In this document: positions 26,915 to 41,926 of the stretch, piece by piece
Layout of the letters: each line of letters begins with the position of its first letter
How positions within the stretch are numbered: position 1 is the stretch's first letter
The notes under the pieces: model-generated
Database searches by the model: none
Seen by the model: the letters and a program-made list of their open reading frames with translations, nothing else
What the model was told of the DNA's origin: nothing
Position numbers and translations under genes: made by a program
Source of the DNA: Antedon mediterranea
Taxonomy: Eukaryota > Animalia > Echinodermata
Assembly: GCF_964355755.1 (NCBI RefSeq)
Contig: NC_092680.1
Coordinates: 18,113,045 to 18,177,044 of the forward strand
Direction: 5' to 3'
DNA: 64,000 bases

Positions 26915-29900
26915 GGTAATTCCCAGGGTGCTAATATGAGTTGACTACATAAATCATCGTGTCTATTTATTCGTTTTTGTAAACGACAATGTATTATAGT
27001 CCTGCGGTACGTAAATTTAAAAAACGCTGAAATTACTGTGTATTCGAGAACCATCTGTGTGCACGACCTAGATGGTAAGCGATGCATCTATTATGTTATA
27101 ATCTTCGTTATTGTTCTTTACTTAGGACAATTCTTCCTATGCCCACCAAGATTAAGGTAGATTATGCATTACTGACTTTAATCAATTAATATTATTTAAC
27201 GTACCGTACTCACAGATTAAATCTTCTTACTTTTATTGAATTGAACTCTATCTCACTAGAGTTAATTATGTTAAATATTGTTGAAATAAATTAATAAATA
27301 AATATAAATGTTATAAATATTATCTTCAAAATAGAAAGATGTAGGCCTAATGGTGTGATAAAAGGAATGGGTATCATTGAGGAATCTAACAATAAAGGAA
27401 CCAACAGGACCGGCATTTATAATTTGCATGGAAAAGAAAAAAAATCAGATCATTTAGAAATAATAAAAGCTGAAAATAATGAAAATGCTGTGGGTATCGG
27501 TGGCTGGATCTCAATGGAAATACACAATAAAATCAAAAAGATAGATCAAAACGATAAAGTAAAACAGCCAGACAAAATTAGTAGAGCTTTCGGGCAACAC
27601 TAGCCCTTCATCAGTGCAAGTGAGAGTATATATATATTGTGAGGGTGTTTTATTTGTTGTATGAGAGAATGTATCTGGTGGGTGAAAATCGTTGAAAATC
27701 TGTGATAATACCAGATATGGCTCTGTGGTCTAGTGGTACGATACTCGCCCTGTAAGCGAAAGGTCAAAGGTTGAAATCCCGCCAGAGAAATTTTTCATCG
27801 ATGTGCTATACTCGACGCGATTATGAGATCATGGTCCGAATATGAGCACTGTTTCAATAATTTGATAATATGATTTATTTGATCTTTAGTGCGCGTGCGT
27901 ACAATTGCGGGAATAGTGCTGAAATCCGTGAAAATAAGTCGCTTCAACCGAGATTCGAACCCGGCATTACAAACCTATTTTGTGCTAAAATCGTTCTGAA
28001 GGTCACCGAAAAACAACAAAAACACTGATTGTTCACACTATATTGGTCACAACTTCGCTGATACTTATCCGATATGTTTCTGGAAAAGTCAAATTTGTTC
28101 AAAGTTTAATAATCTTTACAGCAATATAAATATTAATAACTAAATGCTACGTATTTTTTTCCAGAAGTTTGATTCCACTCGTGAAAACAGTAACATCGGT
28201 TAAATTACCATTCTACGATGAATACAAATTCCTCTCAAGCCAAAACCGCTAAGCTTAATTTATTCTGTAAATTATGTCTAAAGGTGCGTTTGATTGGTTC
28301 TTTTTCGGACTAATCACATTTGTGAAGCCTCTTTAAAAACTAAACACATCGTTACAGAATAGCCATGATAATTCAGGTATATTTATTGTCTAAAAACAAA
28401 CGATCAATGATACAAATAGCCAAAAGGCTAAAACCGTAACATTTTACATGAAAAAGGTTAAAAATTTATAAGAAAATATCATAATAATATGTAAAAAAAA
28501 TGTATGAAATGTATAGACAATTAAATATAAGGAAAGACAACGACATTAATATAAAGTAAAGGACATAAAAAAAGATTAAGGTGGATCATTAAAGAGTCTG
28601 ATTAGGGCTGGAATAGCTGACTTTCAGCGTCTCTCAGTACGACAAAAGGATCATCAAAAGTTTTTCTAAGGCATCTCAAACACTCACGTTTAGGGAATAA
28701 CAAACTGCCGATATCAGATAAAAGAAGTTTCTTCCCAAGGGCCAAATAAGAAACATTTCATCTCTTCTCGCCTTAAGCGAAATAAGACCTACATACCCAA
28801 GAGCAATATATCGTAATGGGTATATAGTCTGAACCGAGAATGAGACGGAACACTCTTTCCTGAATAAACTTAATACGCTTACCATGTACGTTTAAAGAGG
28901 TATGCCAGACACAGCAAACATACCGGTATTCTAAACACGGCCTAATATTTGGTATAAACACTACCATGACATTTCGATGGTTTCGGAAGCATCTGATTAT
29001 TAGTCCACCAGAGTTCAATCTCATTAAGCATACATTGCATAGAGGAATCACAACCCTTTTAAAAAATTTCACCAAAGGTAAAGTCGTCAGCATATTTCCA
29101 TTGCCTGCAGTTTCCCTCACAAGCATCATTAATGAGATGAGAAAGAGCACAGGCCTCAACCTCGTACCTTGCGGTACCCACAAGTAATTTGGCGTGTAGA
29201 TGATATATTAGTGCCGATTTTGAATTAGTAACTCTATTGGAAAGAAAACCGCAGACGATGGGTATGATAGATGGTGTAACACTAATTGAAATTATCTTAT
29301 TAATTAAAACTGTGTGCTCCACACGATCGAACGCTTTGGTAAAATCTATAGCACAAACACTGACTAACAGCTTTTACCATCAACATCTTTAAAAACAGAA
29401 GAGTCAAGCATGGTAATTAAATAATGAGAAGTCGAAAAGCCTCTTCTACTACCGAACTGTTTGAAGTCCAAATTAAGCAAGCGATCAAAAACATATATAA
29501 GGAACCGTTTCTATTAAATTATTGCCTGTAAACGGTTTGTTTGAATGACCCGACAACCTTGCTAGCGACTTCAGGGCTGTTGGTGCAAAATAAGTTTGTA
29601 ATGGAACTTTTTCTTGATATGCAGATGTCCTAAACATTATACCACTGGGGCTTTCATGATGTTCAAAATTGCACTGATAATAAAATGTATTACTTAATAC
29701 TTACCCAGATTCTAAATTCGATTACTTAAACTAGAAATTGCTTACCGACCAATTTACCAACACTGAAAGAGATTCGCCTTTATTGTCGTTATATGAAGTA
29801 AATTTGATTGTTATGTTAATTTGAATCCTAATTTATAAAGATGGTTTTATAAAACGTTCGATAAACCAATTATTGCTACGTTTCGACTATTTTCAATAGA

Positions 29901-30690
29901 CTTGGTCATGCAAATGCTTCAACTCCCTTTTTAAATGCAATATTTTATCATTTTTTTCCCTTGCCCGTTGTCGAGTCAACGTAACCAAAATTGGTTTCAT
30001 TCAAAGATTATCCAAGCTTTTTAATTCAATTTCTATTAAGGATAAGACTATCATTATTTTTTTACACTTTGTCCAAATTTAAGTCTAAAATTCTTAAATC
30101 GATTTAAGTTTGCCTTTTTGTATGTTTCATGTTTTGTATTTTTATGTGCTTTTATTCTATATTTATATCTTAAGAGTTTTAAGGCATCCTGTATTTGGCG
30201 ATTTTTCGCTGTTGGATGTGGTTGAAATAAAATAAAATAAAATGAAATAAAATGACAGTGACAGTTTTAGCAAAGTATTAAATTGCAAATGTTTTACTCT
30301 ATTTAGTGGTATATTATTTATAGGCCTATAAAACATGAAAATAAATTTCGTTACTGATAGAGAATATATTGAAAAATTGTTAAAAAAACGCTGAAATTAT
30401 TGTGACAATTCTTCCTATGCCCACCAAGATTAAGGTAGATTATACATTACTGACTTTAATAAATTAATATTATTTAACGTACTCACAGATTAAATCTTTT
30501 TACTTTTATTGAATTGAACTCTATCCCACTAAAGTTACCTATGTTAAATATTGTTGAAATAAATTAATAAATAAATATAAATTTTATAAATATTATTTTC
30601 AAAATGGAAAGATGTATAGGTGTGGTAAAAGGAACGGGTAGCCTATCATTGAGAAACCAACAGGACAAGCGTTTATAATATGCATGGAAA

Positions 30691-31112
30691 AGCTCTATCC
30701 ACAACAAAATGTGATGTGCCCATATACGGACATGAGTGAGTGGCCGAGCGGTTAAGACAGTGGAACCGTAATCACGTAGCCATAACATCGGCAGCGGTTC
30801 GAGGCTCACTCACTCCATGGTTCGAGTCTTCTCGGATAAGGACTATAAACCGTAGGTCCAGTGTACACAACTTGCTCGTGTGCACTTTAAAGAACCTAGT
30901 ACATCTTTCGAGACGGGTAGGGGGTTACCCCGGTGTATAGTACATCACAGCCACTGATCACCAACTGGGCCCTCTGGGAAATCAGTCTTTGACTTAAGAG
31001 GTCACCCAGTATAAAGATAAAACAATGTCACTACCATATTTGTGCATATCACTACCATATTTGGGGAACAACACACCTTTTTATCAAACTGTTTGATAGT
31101 GTAAACAGAGCT
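30691..31112. mobile_element. MITE hosting a SINE insertion (uninterrupted paralogue at 53708-53848)
   Basis: MITE core and right TIR flank the SINE. Confidence 0.75.
30734..31024 (+). mobile_element. Full-length tRNA-headed Deu-domain SINE, unit 1 only
   Basis: A box TGGCCGAGCGG and B box GGTTCGAGGC; core CTCGGATAAGGACTATAAACCG.AGGTCC...TTAAAGAACC...GTAGGGGGTTACCCCGGTG; absent near 53750. Confidence 0.8.
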
Positions 31113-34100
31113 TTATGATGTTGCATTAATATATGAAAACTATCTGTACTGGACAGATGACGATAAAATGACTGGAATACATCAATGCAGAAGCGGCTTA
31201 TAATACTAGCCTATAGCTCTTTCACACGTAACATTATAAAGTATTATAAAGCTTAATATAATACATTATATTAATATAAATACATATATATATATATATC
31301 CAATCGAGTTCGAACAATACCATATATATATATAAATCCAAAGGCAAATAACTGAAAAAATGACAATCCTGTGGCTGGATCTCAATGGAGATACAAAAAA
31401 AGTGAAAAGCTAAATCAAACGATAAAGTAGGCCTAAAAACAGCCAGAAAAGTTAGCAGAGCTTTCAGGCAACACTAGCCCTTTATCATATATAATTTCTT
31501 TGGGGTAAATTATGATTTAATAATTATAAAACCAAGGACGCTTTATTTTACTGATATTATTCAAAACTTCAGATAAAACTTCATAAAAGTCTATTTTCAA
31601 TAAGCCTTCGCATTGGACGTCATTGCACAATGCATGATGGGAAGGGTTTAGGAGCAAGCGCCACCACCACCCTTATAATAAAAACGTTATATCTGGTGGT
31701 GGCGCTATTGCTTCCCATCACGCTATTTGCGATAAACCCATAGAATTGTAATAAGTTTCGGGTATATAATATCATTGGATAAATCTTATCTTTATTTACC
31801 ACATCGTTTTTATTTTTTCAGTTGTTGGATAAACAATATTCAAGGAAAATGTTTATATATCCTTACAGTTAATGTGTTTTTAATAAAGTTATTAGTTTGG
31901 TTAATTAATGATGATACGTAACAAAAATGTTTCTAAAATTTGTTTTTTTTTATCAAAGTAAGACCTTTTCAAGATAAGGTTTCGATGTTATTTTGTTTTA
32001 TTTTGTATGTATTTTGTTCTAGTAAATTAAACTAATTGTCCATAGTGCAATTTTTAATAATATTTTAAAAATATGCATATGCATACATTCAAGTCTACAG
32101 AAAGTGGTTTGTACGCAACTAAGGAACTTATAGGCCTACTGTAGTTCAATTATGTTGTAATTAAACATAGTAAATTAATAGTTTGGGCCACCGACTCAAC
32201 CAGCCCGATTACACGTTCGATGAACTTTTGTTGTAGTATATTATGAAAAACAGTTAAGGGTATCCATCCCGAAGCCACTTGGGGCGTATATGCTGGTGCT
32301 TTTAAAATAATCTTACATACCTTTAGTTTTTAGAAGTATGGATACGGTACCGTATCTTTAGCCATAACGTTTTAAATATATTGTGCCATCTGCATTTGAA
32401 GCCTCTTCTTCTTCAAGAAGATGATCTTAAAATGTGTAATGTCGAATAAAGCTAACACAATGCTAATGCGGTACTCTATTGTCTTTTATTGACTTCTGAC
32501 AAAAAAAAACCCAGCAAACTATAAACCAGTTACATAGTAGCCTGCCACAGTCAGGCATATGTAAGGGCTAAGCTTATACAATGCTCTATTAAGACATACT
32601 GTAAGCTTAAAGCTTTAGACTATTATACCATCACGGAATAATAATCCATGTCCCTGCTTCATATCTTATATACAGTAGTCTAGAATATATGCATAATTAA
32701 ATTAGTGTAGGCCTAGTATAGCATAGTACAATCTTAACATAAAGTATAGCTTACCAAGGTTGTGTCTACTTAGAAAAGCTTTCTTCCTTCAATATACAGC
32801 ATAGCCTACTATCAACAAAAGAAAATAGCAAAAGGCCAACACACCTGGCTGAACATATGCAAATAAACACAATAAAAGCAAAACAAGTGGCGTACTACAG
32901 ATATAGTAGGCCTATATGTATAGTATGTCAACCGAAAAGTTTGAACTTCACAAAATTAAATATTTGGAACAATTTTGTCTCCAACACAATGTTTTTTTTT
33001 TCTTATACTTTAAAAATTGTGTGTCAATATTGTGCAAAGAAACCAGAACAAGGAAGTGGAATCATTTTATTTGTATATACTTTTGACTCTATACTACTAC
33101 TGTAGTATACCAGAAATACTGTACTGTTTATTGTATATTAATTATTTCGGATAATTATAAAAAGAAACCCTTTTTTTTAACGTTTCTTATAAAAAATGTC
33201 GGTGCAAGTAGGCCCATATATTGTAGCCTCATTTTGAACACTTTTAGAAATCCACGTAAGAAGATTGACCCAAGTCCACATTTTGCATAACCTTCTCAGG
33301 ATCTATGGAATTAGATGATACTCTGATACTGAATGTAAAACCTTTACAAATGAGAAGAAATGTATAAAGTGTTATCTTGTTTAAGGGAGCTGATTGAGAT
33401 TTTTTACTTTTAACCAGATCCTAACAAAAAAGAAAGAAATTGTTACGTTAAAATGACAATAATGTTTATGTATAACTAGGTCCTATATTTGTTTTTTTCT
33501 TGGTTAAATAACTATTACAAATAGCCATTAAAACAAAATTGTCTTTAGTGCAACGAGAAAGCATTTATAATATTTGACGTAATATAATTATCATTGATAT
33601 GTTAATTTATAATTTTGTAGTAAATTCTAGTCCAATACACAAAGCCATGATAAAATAAAAGTGTGGTTATTAAAATGTGTATTTATCGTAATCAATATGT
33701 TCCAATAGTTGATTTCAATTCAATTCAATTCAAAAGACATTTATTTTCCTCTATTTTAGTTCCATTCTTACGGAGTTTATTCAATCCGCGACACAGTGGG
33801 CCGTTTCAGCCTTAAAAATCTGCTCAGCTAACCCAACAACTCGGCTTCCATTCGGGTTTCAACCTGATTTAAACAAATCTTTTATGGTTATCATCAGTTC
33901 TTTCGATGTAGGCCTTATGTAATTTTTATTCGATTTCTGACATTCATTTTTTATATACTGATTTTACAATTTTTCTTCGATGATTTATGAATATGTTTGA
34001 TTTGATCGTTATTATTTTTAGTGTACTTTAATGTTGCTAACTTCAAGCGTGGCCTATGAAAAGGTCAAAATATGAATATCGCCACAAAGGTTGGGGCAAC

Positions 34101-34349
34101 AAACCCCCGGAAGTCACAGTGATTACATCTTCCGCAGCCGCAGACGGTTGAAAATCTACCTATGAAATCAGCAATTTTTTTTTATAACCATTATAATATA
34201 TTTCTAATAAAGAAATATGGAACAATATCATATTGGTGGACACTGTAATGTTACTCAATCTACGTTTTGCAGAACATGTGAGACAGAGGATAGGTATCCA
34301 AGGAGGAGATCCGCACAAAAGGGTTGTGTGTTTTAGGTTATTTCCGAAT

Positions 34350-35310
34350 TAAGCATAAATAGGTTATATGCATTATCATGCATATAACCTCTTGATTCTG
34401 TCAGAATCTTTATTTATTTATTCCTTTATTTATTCTTTCCTTAGCACTATTTTGTCCGTCAATTATCTTGATATCAGTTTCATCTAGCTAAGTCAATTTT
34501 TCAGAGTATATTCCTTATGGCCAGGAATCTATGTGGTTATGTTTTCACGATGCGCAATCAAAAATTACGCGGTGTACGCGCGATTTAACGAAATCACGTT
34601 TGTAATCATATCTTTACAATCATGAATCACTTTTAAACAAAATTTGGTACTCATAAATTTCAGGTCATATTTCATCATATGGCAATATAATTACGTGCGT
34701 AGCGCATATAACGCATGCGTACGCGCGCTTAAAATTTTCAAAATTATCAAAATTTATTTTCGATGAAATTAGAGCAATTTTAAGCGTTTAAAAAATTGCC
34801 ATGAGTGCGCAGATTTTTGCACGCGCACTGCGCGTTATACGTTAATCCGTACTTTTTTTTCCGATTTCTGTTGTACAACCTTTCTTTAATAATATATTCA
34901 TATTTTATTCACTTTTTAAGGCGAAATTGCGTTATACGAGCACGTCAAAAGTGACAGGCTACGCGCGTGTAAGTTAACAAAATGGTGAAAATATGCTAAA
35001 TTTTAAAATTAATATAGATCGTCAGAATGCTCGGGAACGCCTATTTTTTATTCCATTTTCTTGAAGTGTGTGTATCTTATGTATGATTTATTATTAAATT
35101 AAGGGAACAAAAGTTGATTAAGTCATAATTAATTGCATATTAAATTTTTTTTAATTAATTTCGACAATTAAACAAATTATATCATTTTTTAGGCCAAAAT
35201 AACAAACTTAACATTAACTTTCTTCCTTCAAAAGTTCATATATTAAAGTTAAAAGTATATAGTTTGAAAGTGCATCATTTTTTTACATTTTTAGAGATGT
35301 CATCATAGTA
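34350..35310 (+). mobile_element. HINE/Helentron-type element truncated by deletion (complete at 59065-60489; inverted fragment ~39970-40520)
   Basis: Same 5' end as the unit 3 copy; joins directly to sequence homologous to ~10900. Confidence 0.7.
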
Positions 35311-36107
35311 CTACACACGTACTAAACGTAACAAATATTGTTCGGAACCAATAAATATCGGTGGGTGTCTTTGAAATATAAAATCAAGGTTCATAATAAA
35401 TAGTACAACAATTAGATGTTATGTATTGAGATGCAAAATAAATGAAAGAAAGTAAGAAAGAAAGATTTAAATCAAATAATATTAGGCCTACTTTATTCAT
35501 CTTTTAACCATATTTTCTCTGATAGTAATCAAAATATAGGCCTACATACATTAAAGATGAAAATGGTCCATGAACCCGCAAGGGCTTATAAGATGTGGAA
35601 ACCATAATAGTAGGTCTAAATGAAGTAAGTACATAAAGTGACAAAGTAAGCAAAATTAAAACGATTTAGAGGTAATAATACATAATAATATAATTATAAT
35701 ACATGTTTAGTAAATCATAATAACTAAAAGTTAATACATATTTCGTTAAAAAAAAGATGTTAACAATACTATATTATTTCTACTACATTTTAATTCATAA
35801 TAAAATTGGTACAGAGTCTGAATTAGTATCTAGATCACCGGTAAATAATACTATGCGGCCAGTTATTGATTTAAACAAAGTTAAAATGCGAAGGCTTGGT
35901 GATATGCTTCCTTCTTGTTGTAAATGAATGGTAAATGAATGGCGAACTGTACTCTGTAAAGAACACTCGCTTCGGCCTCCGAACGATTAGTGATGTGTGG
36001 GTATATAAAACACATCAGATGATGTCAGTGGGGTTTTATCGCGGGACATGGTTCTTGACTTCGTCTCGGGGTAATGGTATCGAGATCGCCGAGGGCTATA
36101 TACTGAA

Positions 36108-36160
36108 CTATGCTCCAGTCAAAATGTATATAATATGCATTAAAGCAGAAGAATGCATGT
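36108..36160 (-). CDS. Candidate terminal exon F, unit 2
   Basis: (D)MHSSALMHIIYILTGA*, same acceptor as unit 1. Confidence 0.35.
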
Positions 36161-37313
36161 CTGTGTACATTATAATGAAAGAAAAACAATGTAAGTAAGT
36201 TAAAAATGTTGGCATCATAAATTTTTGATAGGCCATTGCTTTAATTATTTTTCTTGAGCCCAAAATTAAGGTACCAGCAGGCCTACTCATAATATATTTA
36301 TTACATTTTCATTATCCGTTTTCTTTGCTCAGAAGAAACGTCCCCTTTTTAGTAAACCAATTATAAACAGGTTAAAACGAAATGTAAACAAGTTAAAACC
36401 AAATATAAACAGGTTAAAACGAAATATAAACAGGTTAAAACCAAATATAAACAGGTTAAAACCAAATATAAACAGATTAAAACTAAATATAAACAGGTTA
36501 AAACCTAATATAAACAGGTTAAAACCAAATATAAAAAGGGTAAAACCATATATAAACAGGTTAAAACCAAATATAAACAGGTTCCGAATTATGACATCCA
36601 TGACTAATACAATTAATAAAAACCAATTACGAAAGGATATGTAAACATTTTCTCAGTGTCAACCATGTGTTTTTTTAAAATGATGAATGAGCTATGGCGA
36701 ACACGCACAGTATGCAACTGAAAGAAAAAATAATGTTTTAGGAACTGCATCTTGGAGTTGTGGCTTGGTGGTTATGATGCTTGGCTACCAATCCAAGGCT
36801 ACTGGGTTCCTTTCGTATAGTTTTTCTAATTTCTAATGACAAACTACAACTCTACTACAAGACTTGTAATAAGACTTTGTTTATGTAGAGCATCACAGTA
36901 TGTTTATCTTGTTGTAAATGGGATTGCCACCTTTAAGAAGGATAGTGAATGAATACGCTTTTGGTTATCCTTGGCAATATGCCTAAATATATAAAAACCA
37001 AACAAAACAAACAAAGGCAAAAAAAATGTTTTTATATTTAACCGTTTAATATAAATGTAGTCATGATACACAACCTTGTATATCATGTTTTAATGTAAAA
37101 TATTATAAAATGAAAATTTTTATTAATTTTATATTTGTTTGTGGTTTGTCAATACATTTTGCAAGCAAAAAAATGTAAAATACATGCATGAAGTGATTTT
37201 ACTTTGTGTTCTTTGAAAATATGTTCTGTCGTGATACGTTTTAAAAGAATGGCGACGAATGAAAAAGAATTTAGGCACACAATAGAATAATATTTGTTTA
37301 AGTATAGGCCTAC

Positions 37314-37430
37314 CTATTTTACGGCATGTTGGGCCCATGTACCCATTGGTGCATTTGCAGACGCTTGTATTATCTTTAGTAACACAAGTACCACCATTCA
37401 AGCATCCACCGCAATCATCTTGAATATCAG
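37314..37430 (-). CDS. Exon E, unit 2: EGF-like domain
   Basis: ADIQDDCGGCLNGGTCVTKDNTSVCKCTNGYMGPTCRKI; 117 nt (in-frame 6-nt difference), phase 1-1. Confidence 0.9.
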
Positions 37431-37747
37431 CTGTAATAAAAAAAATTAGTAATGGTATATTTAGTAAAAATAAGATTTTAGACTTGTGTCTAAAATGAAT
37501 AAGGGGAACTTTATGTTTACGACCTACCACCGACTAACCTAGGTCAGGTCAATCGATGTGTCGTCGGTCGTCGTCTGGACTGGACCTAAGAACAAACGTG
37601 TGTCGAGGTGAGAAGCGAGGAAATCCGTCCCATACGCAGTTCAGTCGTCGCAAATCAAACGCTATGATATTATATACTTAGGTCCATGATTATACTCTAA
37701 ATTGTTAGACCACGAAAATAATAGTCTTAGTCCATAGTTAAACCTAC

Positions 37748-38008
37748 CTGTGAATGGGCCTATATAAAAGCCTGAATATGGATAAAAAAATCGAATAATA
37801 CTGCTCTCCAATGATTGAGTTTCAGTTCTTGTATTAACTCGATATATGCCATCAGTCCCCGTTTCTGTCCAGTAGATATAGGGGCCATATATTTCAATAT
37901 CAAGGCAGTGATGTCCGTTCAGATCAGCAATTGTTGTTCTGTTGGTTCCATCAAGGTTTGCTTGTTCAATGACATCAGTTGATGCATCACACCAATACAT
38001 CTTTCCAT
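37748..38008 (-). CDS. Exon D, unit 2: YWTD blades
   Basis: MYWCDASTDVIEQANLDGTNR...IYWTETG; 261 nt; same splice sites. Confidence 0.92.
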
Positions 38009-38321
38009 CTTAAAGATAACAACAAAAATATATAAAAAAATAATGAATTAATGTAGTTTAATCCAATAATTCAGTATGTTATAATAATTTATACAACTTC
38101 GTAAAATACATAATCGGTTACATTTGACACTTTTACTCATTTTTTTATCCCTAAACAGATAATGCTTTCATTGTGTTAAATTATAAAGACCAACGTAATC
38201 GAGTTTGTTTACGCTCAGCCACAGGTGGAAATGTCCAGGCATTTATGATATAAACAAACTTTGTCAAAATACGTTTTTATATAATAGTTAAAGTGTATTT
38301 GTTCTTTATCACTTATTTGTT

Positions 38322-39855
38322 TAGGTTTAGAGAAAAGTAATGGATCAGAAATAAAAAAGCATATAAAAAGTATTACAAAAAATAATGGTAAATTATTGAA
38401 ACAAGGCCAACAGCCATAAGTCGCGTGCTAAAACGCATAGTGATACCGGACCGACAGGCAGACCGACCGACCAACATAGTGAAATATAGAGTCGCGTCCA
38501 CGCGACTAAAAACGGAAATCATATGTGAAGAAATCATAGATTCTTTTAGAAAGTATATGCTAAGAAGGGAAACTCCCGAGCCAATAGACAACCAAGATCA
38601 TTCAAATGTAAATAGTTTAACCAAATGAAGAAAAAACAAGTTGTGAAGGCTTAATCACAGTACAAGAATGCAGTGAAGCATTAAAGCATATGAAATTGAA
38701 TAAATCCCCAGAGTATGATGGTTTTACTGTTGAGTTTTACAAATATTAAATGTTTGGTAAGAGCTCAACTATTTAATATGTGATGTATTATGAATACTAT
38801 TTAAATAGCAAAATGAGCAATACGCAAAGACGTGGTGTTATTAATCTGTTATACAAGAAAGGAGATAAAAATCTATTAGAGAATTGGCGTCCTATTACTA
38901 TGCTAACCAAAGATTAAAAATTATTACCACACATCCCTAGTAATAGATTACATAAGGTAATTAAATCTGTTGTAGCCTAAATAGTGACCAAAACGGCTAT
39001 ATCAAAGGTCGTTCTGCTGGAGAAAACAGCTTAGCAACTTATCAATACAACAATAGTAGTTTGCCACACCCCCAATCAAGAAATGCAACACTAAGCTTAC
39101 TCCCAACTACTTGTTTCAACCTCGCGCCGTTCCCGCACACACTTTATATACCAACCCATCATCCAATAAGAGGCCGCCACGCATGAATGCACCTCCCCAC
39201 CCCCCTCATACGGTACAATGGAACAACAATTAAATCACTTGTGGCACTCATTAATGAACTCCTATACTATACCGTTGAAGAAGATGTTGAAGGTGCTTTT
39301 TTTGTCACTTGTCAGCATTACTATTTCTATTGGTTACAGAAACAATGGCAAGTAACCTAAGAAATGATCAACATTATCGGGAATTTTTCTACCTGGTCCT
39401 ATAAAAGAGGAAGTGCGTATAGCACAACTTGCAGATGATACAGTATTGGTTGCAGGAAACGAAAAATGGTATAAAAAGAGGTCTATTCATTGTTAATAAT
39501 TTCTGTGAAATATCTGGTTTAAGCTCAAATAAGAACAAAACTACAGTAGTGCCATGTGGATTTTATAGAACGTATGTTTGTTGCTCCTATTGCCATTCCC
39601 AAATGGAAAAAACAAATTGGTATTGAAATTACAAACTGGTTTGATATTTGGTCAAGAAAAGTAAAAAATTAGAAAAATAAAAAATATGCACAACTTAATT
39701 ACACATTGCTTCTCAGAATTTTACCAACAAATTTACAATTATATAATTGGAATATTAAAAACACAAAACAATGTGATGTAAATGAGGATGAAAGACACAT
39801 GTTTTTTAAATGTAAAATCAATGTCTATTTATGGCAAAAATCAATGAAATATATA
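38322..39855 (+). mobile_element. Degraded L1/Tx1-type LINE ORF2 remnants
   Basis: KLNKSPEYDGFTVEFYK, LLYKKGDKNLLENWRPIT, ADDT, RILPTN...ERHMFFKC; the start matches 63948-63995. Confidence 0.8.
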
Positions 39856-41281
39856 ACAAGGCCAACAGCCATTAAGTCGCGTGCTACAATGCATAGTGAT
39901 ACCGGACCGACAGACAGACCGACAGACAGACCGACAGACGGACCGACCGACATAGTGAACTATACTGACCGAAATTACTGAACATGTTTAAAAATGTTGA
40001 AATGTTTAAAAACATTTATATTTTTTTAATTTACACGTGCGTAGCCTGTCACTTTTGACGTGCTCGTATAACGTAATTTCGAGTTGAAAAGTAAGTCAAG
40101 AAAACAGAAATCGGGAAAAAAGAGTGCGTAATAACATTTAACGCGCAGTGCGCGCGCAAAAATATGCGCACTCATGGCAATTTTGTAAACGCTTAAAATT
40201 GCCTGAAACGTACTCTTATTTCATAGAAAATAAATTTTGAAAATTTTAAACGCGCGTACGCATGCGTTACATGTGCTACGCACGTAATTGTATTGCCATA
40301 TGATGATTTAAGCCCTGAAATTTATGAGTACCAAATTTTATTTAATTGTGATTCATGGTTGTGAATATAAGATTACAAACGTGATTTCGTTAAATCGTGC
40401 GTAGACCGCGTAATTTTTTATTGCGCACCGTGAAAACATAACCACATTGATTCCTGGCCATAAGGAATATACTGTGAAAAATTGACCTAGCTAGATTAAA
40501 CTGATATCAAGATAAGGTCAGAAAGCGATAAAACGCATAGTGATACCGGACCGACAGACCAACAGACCGACCGACACAGTGAACTATAGAGTCGCTTCCA
40601 CGCGACTAAAAAGTTAGATAATAGTAGCGGTTCTTTTGAAGTGTTTTGTTTTTGGGTGTGAATGCAACATAAAGAATAAGTTATACTAAATTGCTCTATA
40701 TTCTAAATACAACATAAAAAGTATTGTCAGAATTAAATAGGTCAATCTGTAAAAACTCATGGATCATGTTTAAAATTATACTTCTCAAGAGCATTCCATG
40801 AATGTATTTTTTATTTTTTTTTAAGGTTACTGTAAATAAACTAATTTGTACAAAAACGTAAATAGTGGAAATAAAACAGAAAAGAAAAAAAAGGGAAAAT
40901 ACTAAAAAGAAGAGTAAGAAGAAAGCACTGAAAATGCTATACTCTAGTACTCAACTAGTTATTGAGTTGATTTTGATTCTCTATATTTATTGTAAATATA
41001 AATATATGAATGATCTCTTGCTGAGTTTTTTTTACATTTTACAATAACCTATTTTTCAAATGTGACTGGTTCCTCCTGTAAACGAAGTGCCATTTCACGT
41101 TTCTTTTATCTTTGTAGGCCTACTCCATGACCCAAGGCCCTTGTTACATGGCTGTTCCAACCTATATCTGGCCCGCGGCGACATTTGTAAATTGCAATAT
41201 GGCCCACGGTAAAAACTGTTGAGAACCCCTGACATAGGCTACGGTAATAACTTAAAAATAAAATATAAGTTGTATCTGAAC

Positions 41282-41409
41282 CGTTAACTGATAACACAAT
41301 CGTGTTTGGTGTTGAAAGTGCCGTTGTCACAAGTTCTTCTCTGGTACTCAAGTCATTCAGCTTCGCACGCTCTATCTTATCGAAAATGTAATCAGTCCAG
41401 TACAGGTAT
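41282..41409 (-). CDS. Exon C, unit 2: YWTD blade
   Basis: YLYWTDYIFDKIERAKLNDLSTREELVTTALSTPNTIVLSVN; 128 nt, phase 2-1. Confidence 0.9.
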
Positions 41410-41763
41410 CTATGAAAATAAAGCATAATAATTTCTCGTATTTATAACGTCCGTGTGTACAGATATATAATACAACTATTACAACCGGAACAGATGAAAA
41501 TATTCAATTTCATTATTAATAAGAACACCAATGGAAATTAATGAAATTAATCAAATCAATGTTGAATTTTGATCTAACGTCATTTAAAAAAATTTATTTT
41601 GTTAAAAAGGTAATGTGAAAAAGCCCTGCATAGAGCAGAGATAGTTTGACTTGCATACGGTAAGTAAACCGCTCAGTAGGTGATTCATTTGTAGACGTTT
41701 ATAATGAGAACCCACCTAAGCAAGATTTGAACCCGGTTTCTTCTGATTAGATAAGCTACATAC

Positions 41764-41926
41764 CCGTTAACAGTATCTATCGCAATCCCACGTACAGCGG
41801 GTAATAATGTATTAAAAAGAACTGTTCTGCCTGTTCCATTGAGATTTATTACTTCGATTCGGTCTTCTGTGTCATCCGTCCAATAGAGTTTATTTCCAAT
41901 TACATCAACGGCAATACTAGTAACAC
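41764..41926 (-). CDS. Exon B, unit 2: YWTD blade
   Basis: [54 protein letters not shown]; 163 nt, phase 1-2. Confidence 0.9.

Noticed and set aside
33246-33420. Coding exon DLVKSKK...TLYTFLLICKG
   Set aside because: The hydrophobic stretch has no Met before it, the frame ends in a stop, and the unit 2 copy has an earlier TAA.
36329-36601. FNLFIFG-repeat ORF or CRISPR-like array
   Set aside because: A 21-bp minisatellite with no unique spacers; intronic, eukaryotic context.
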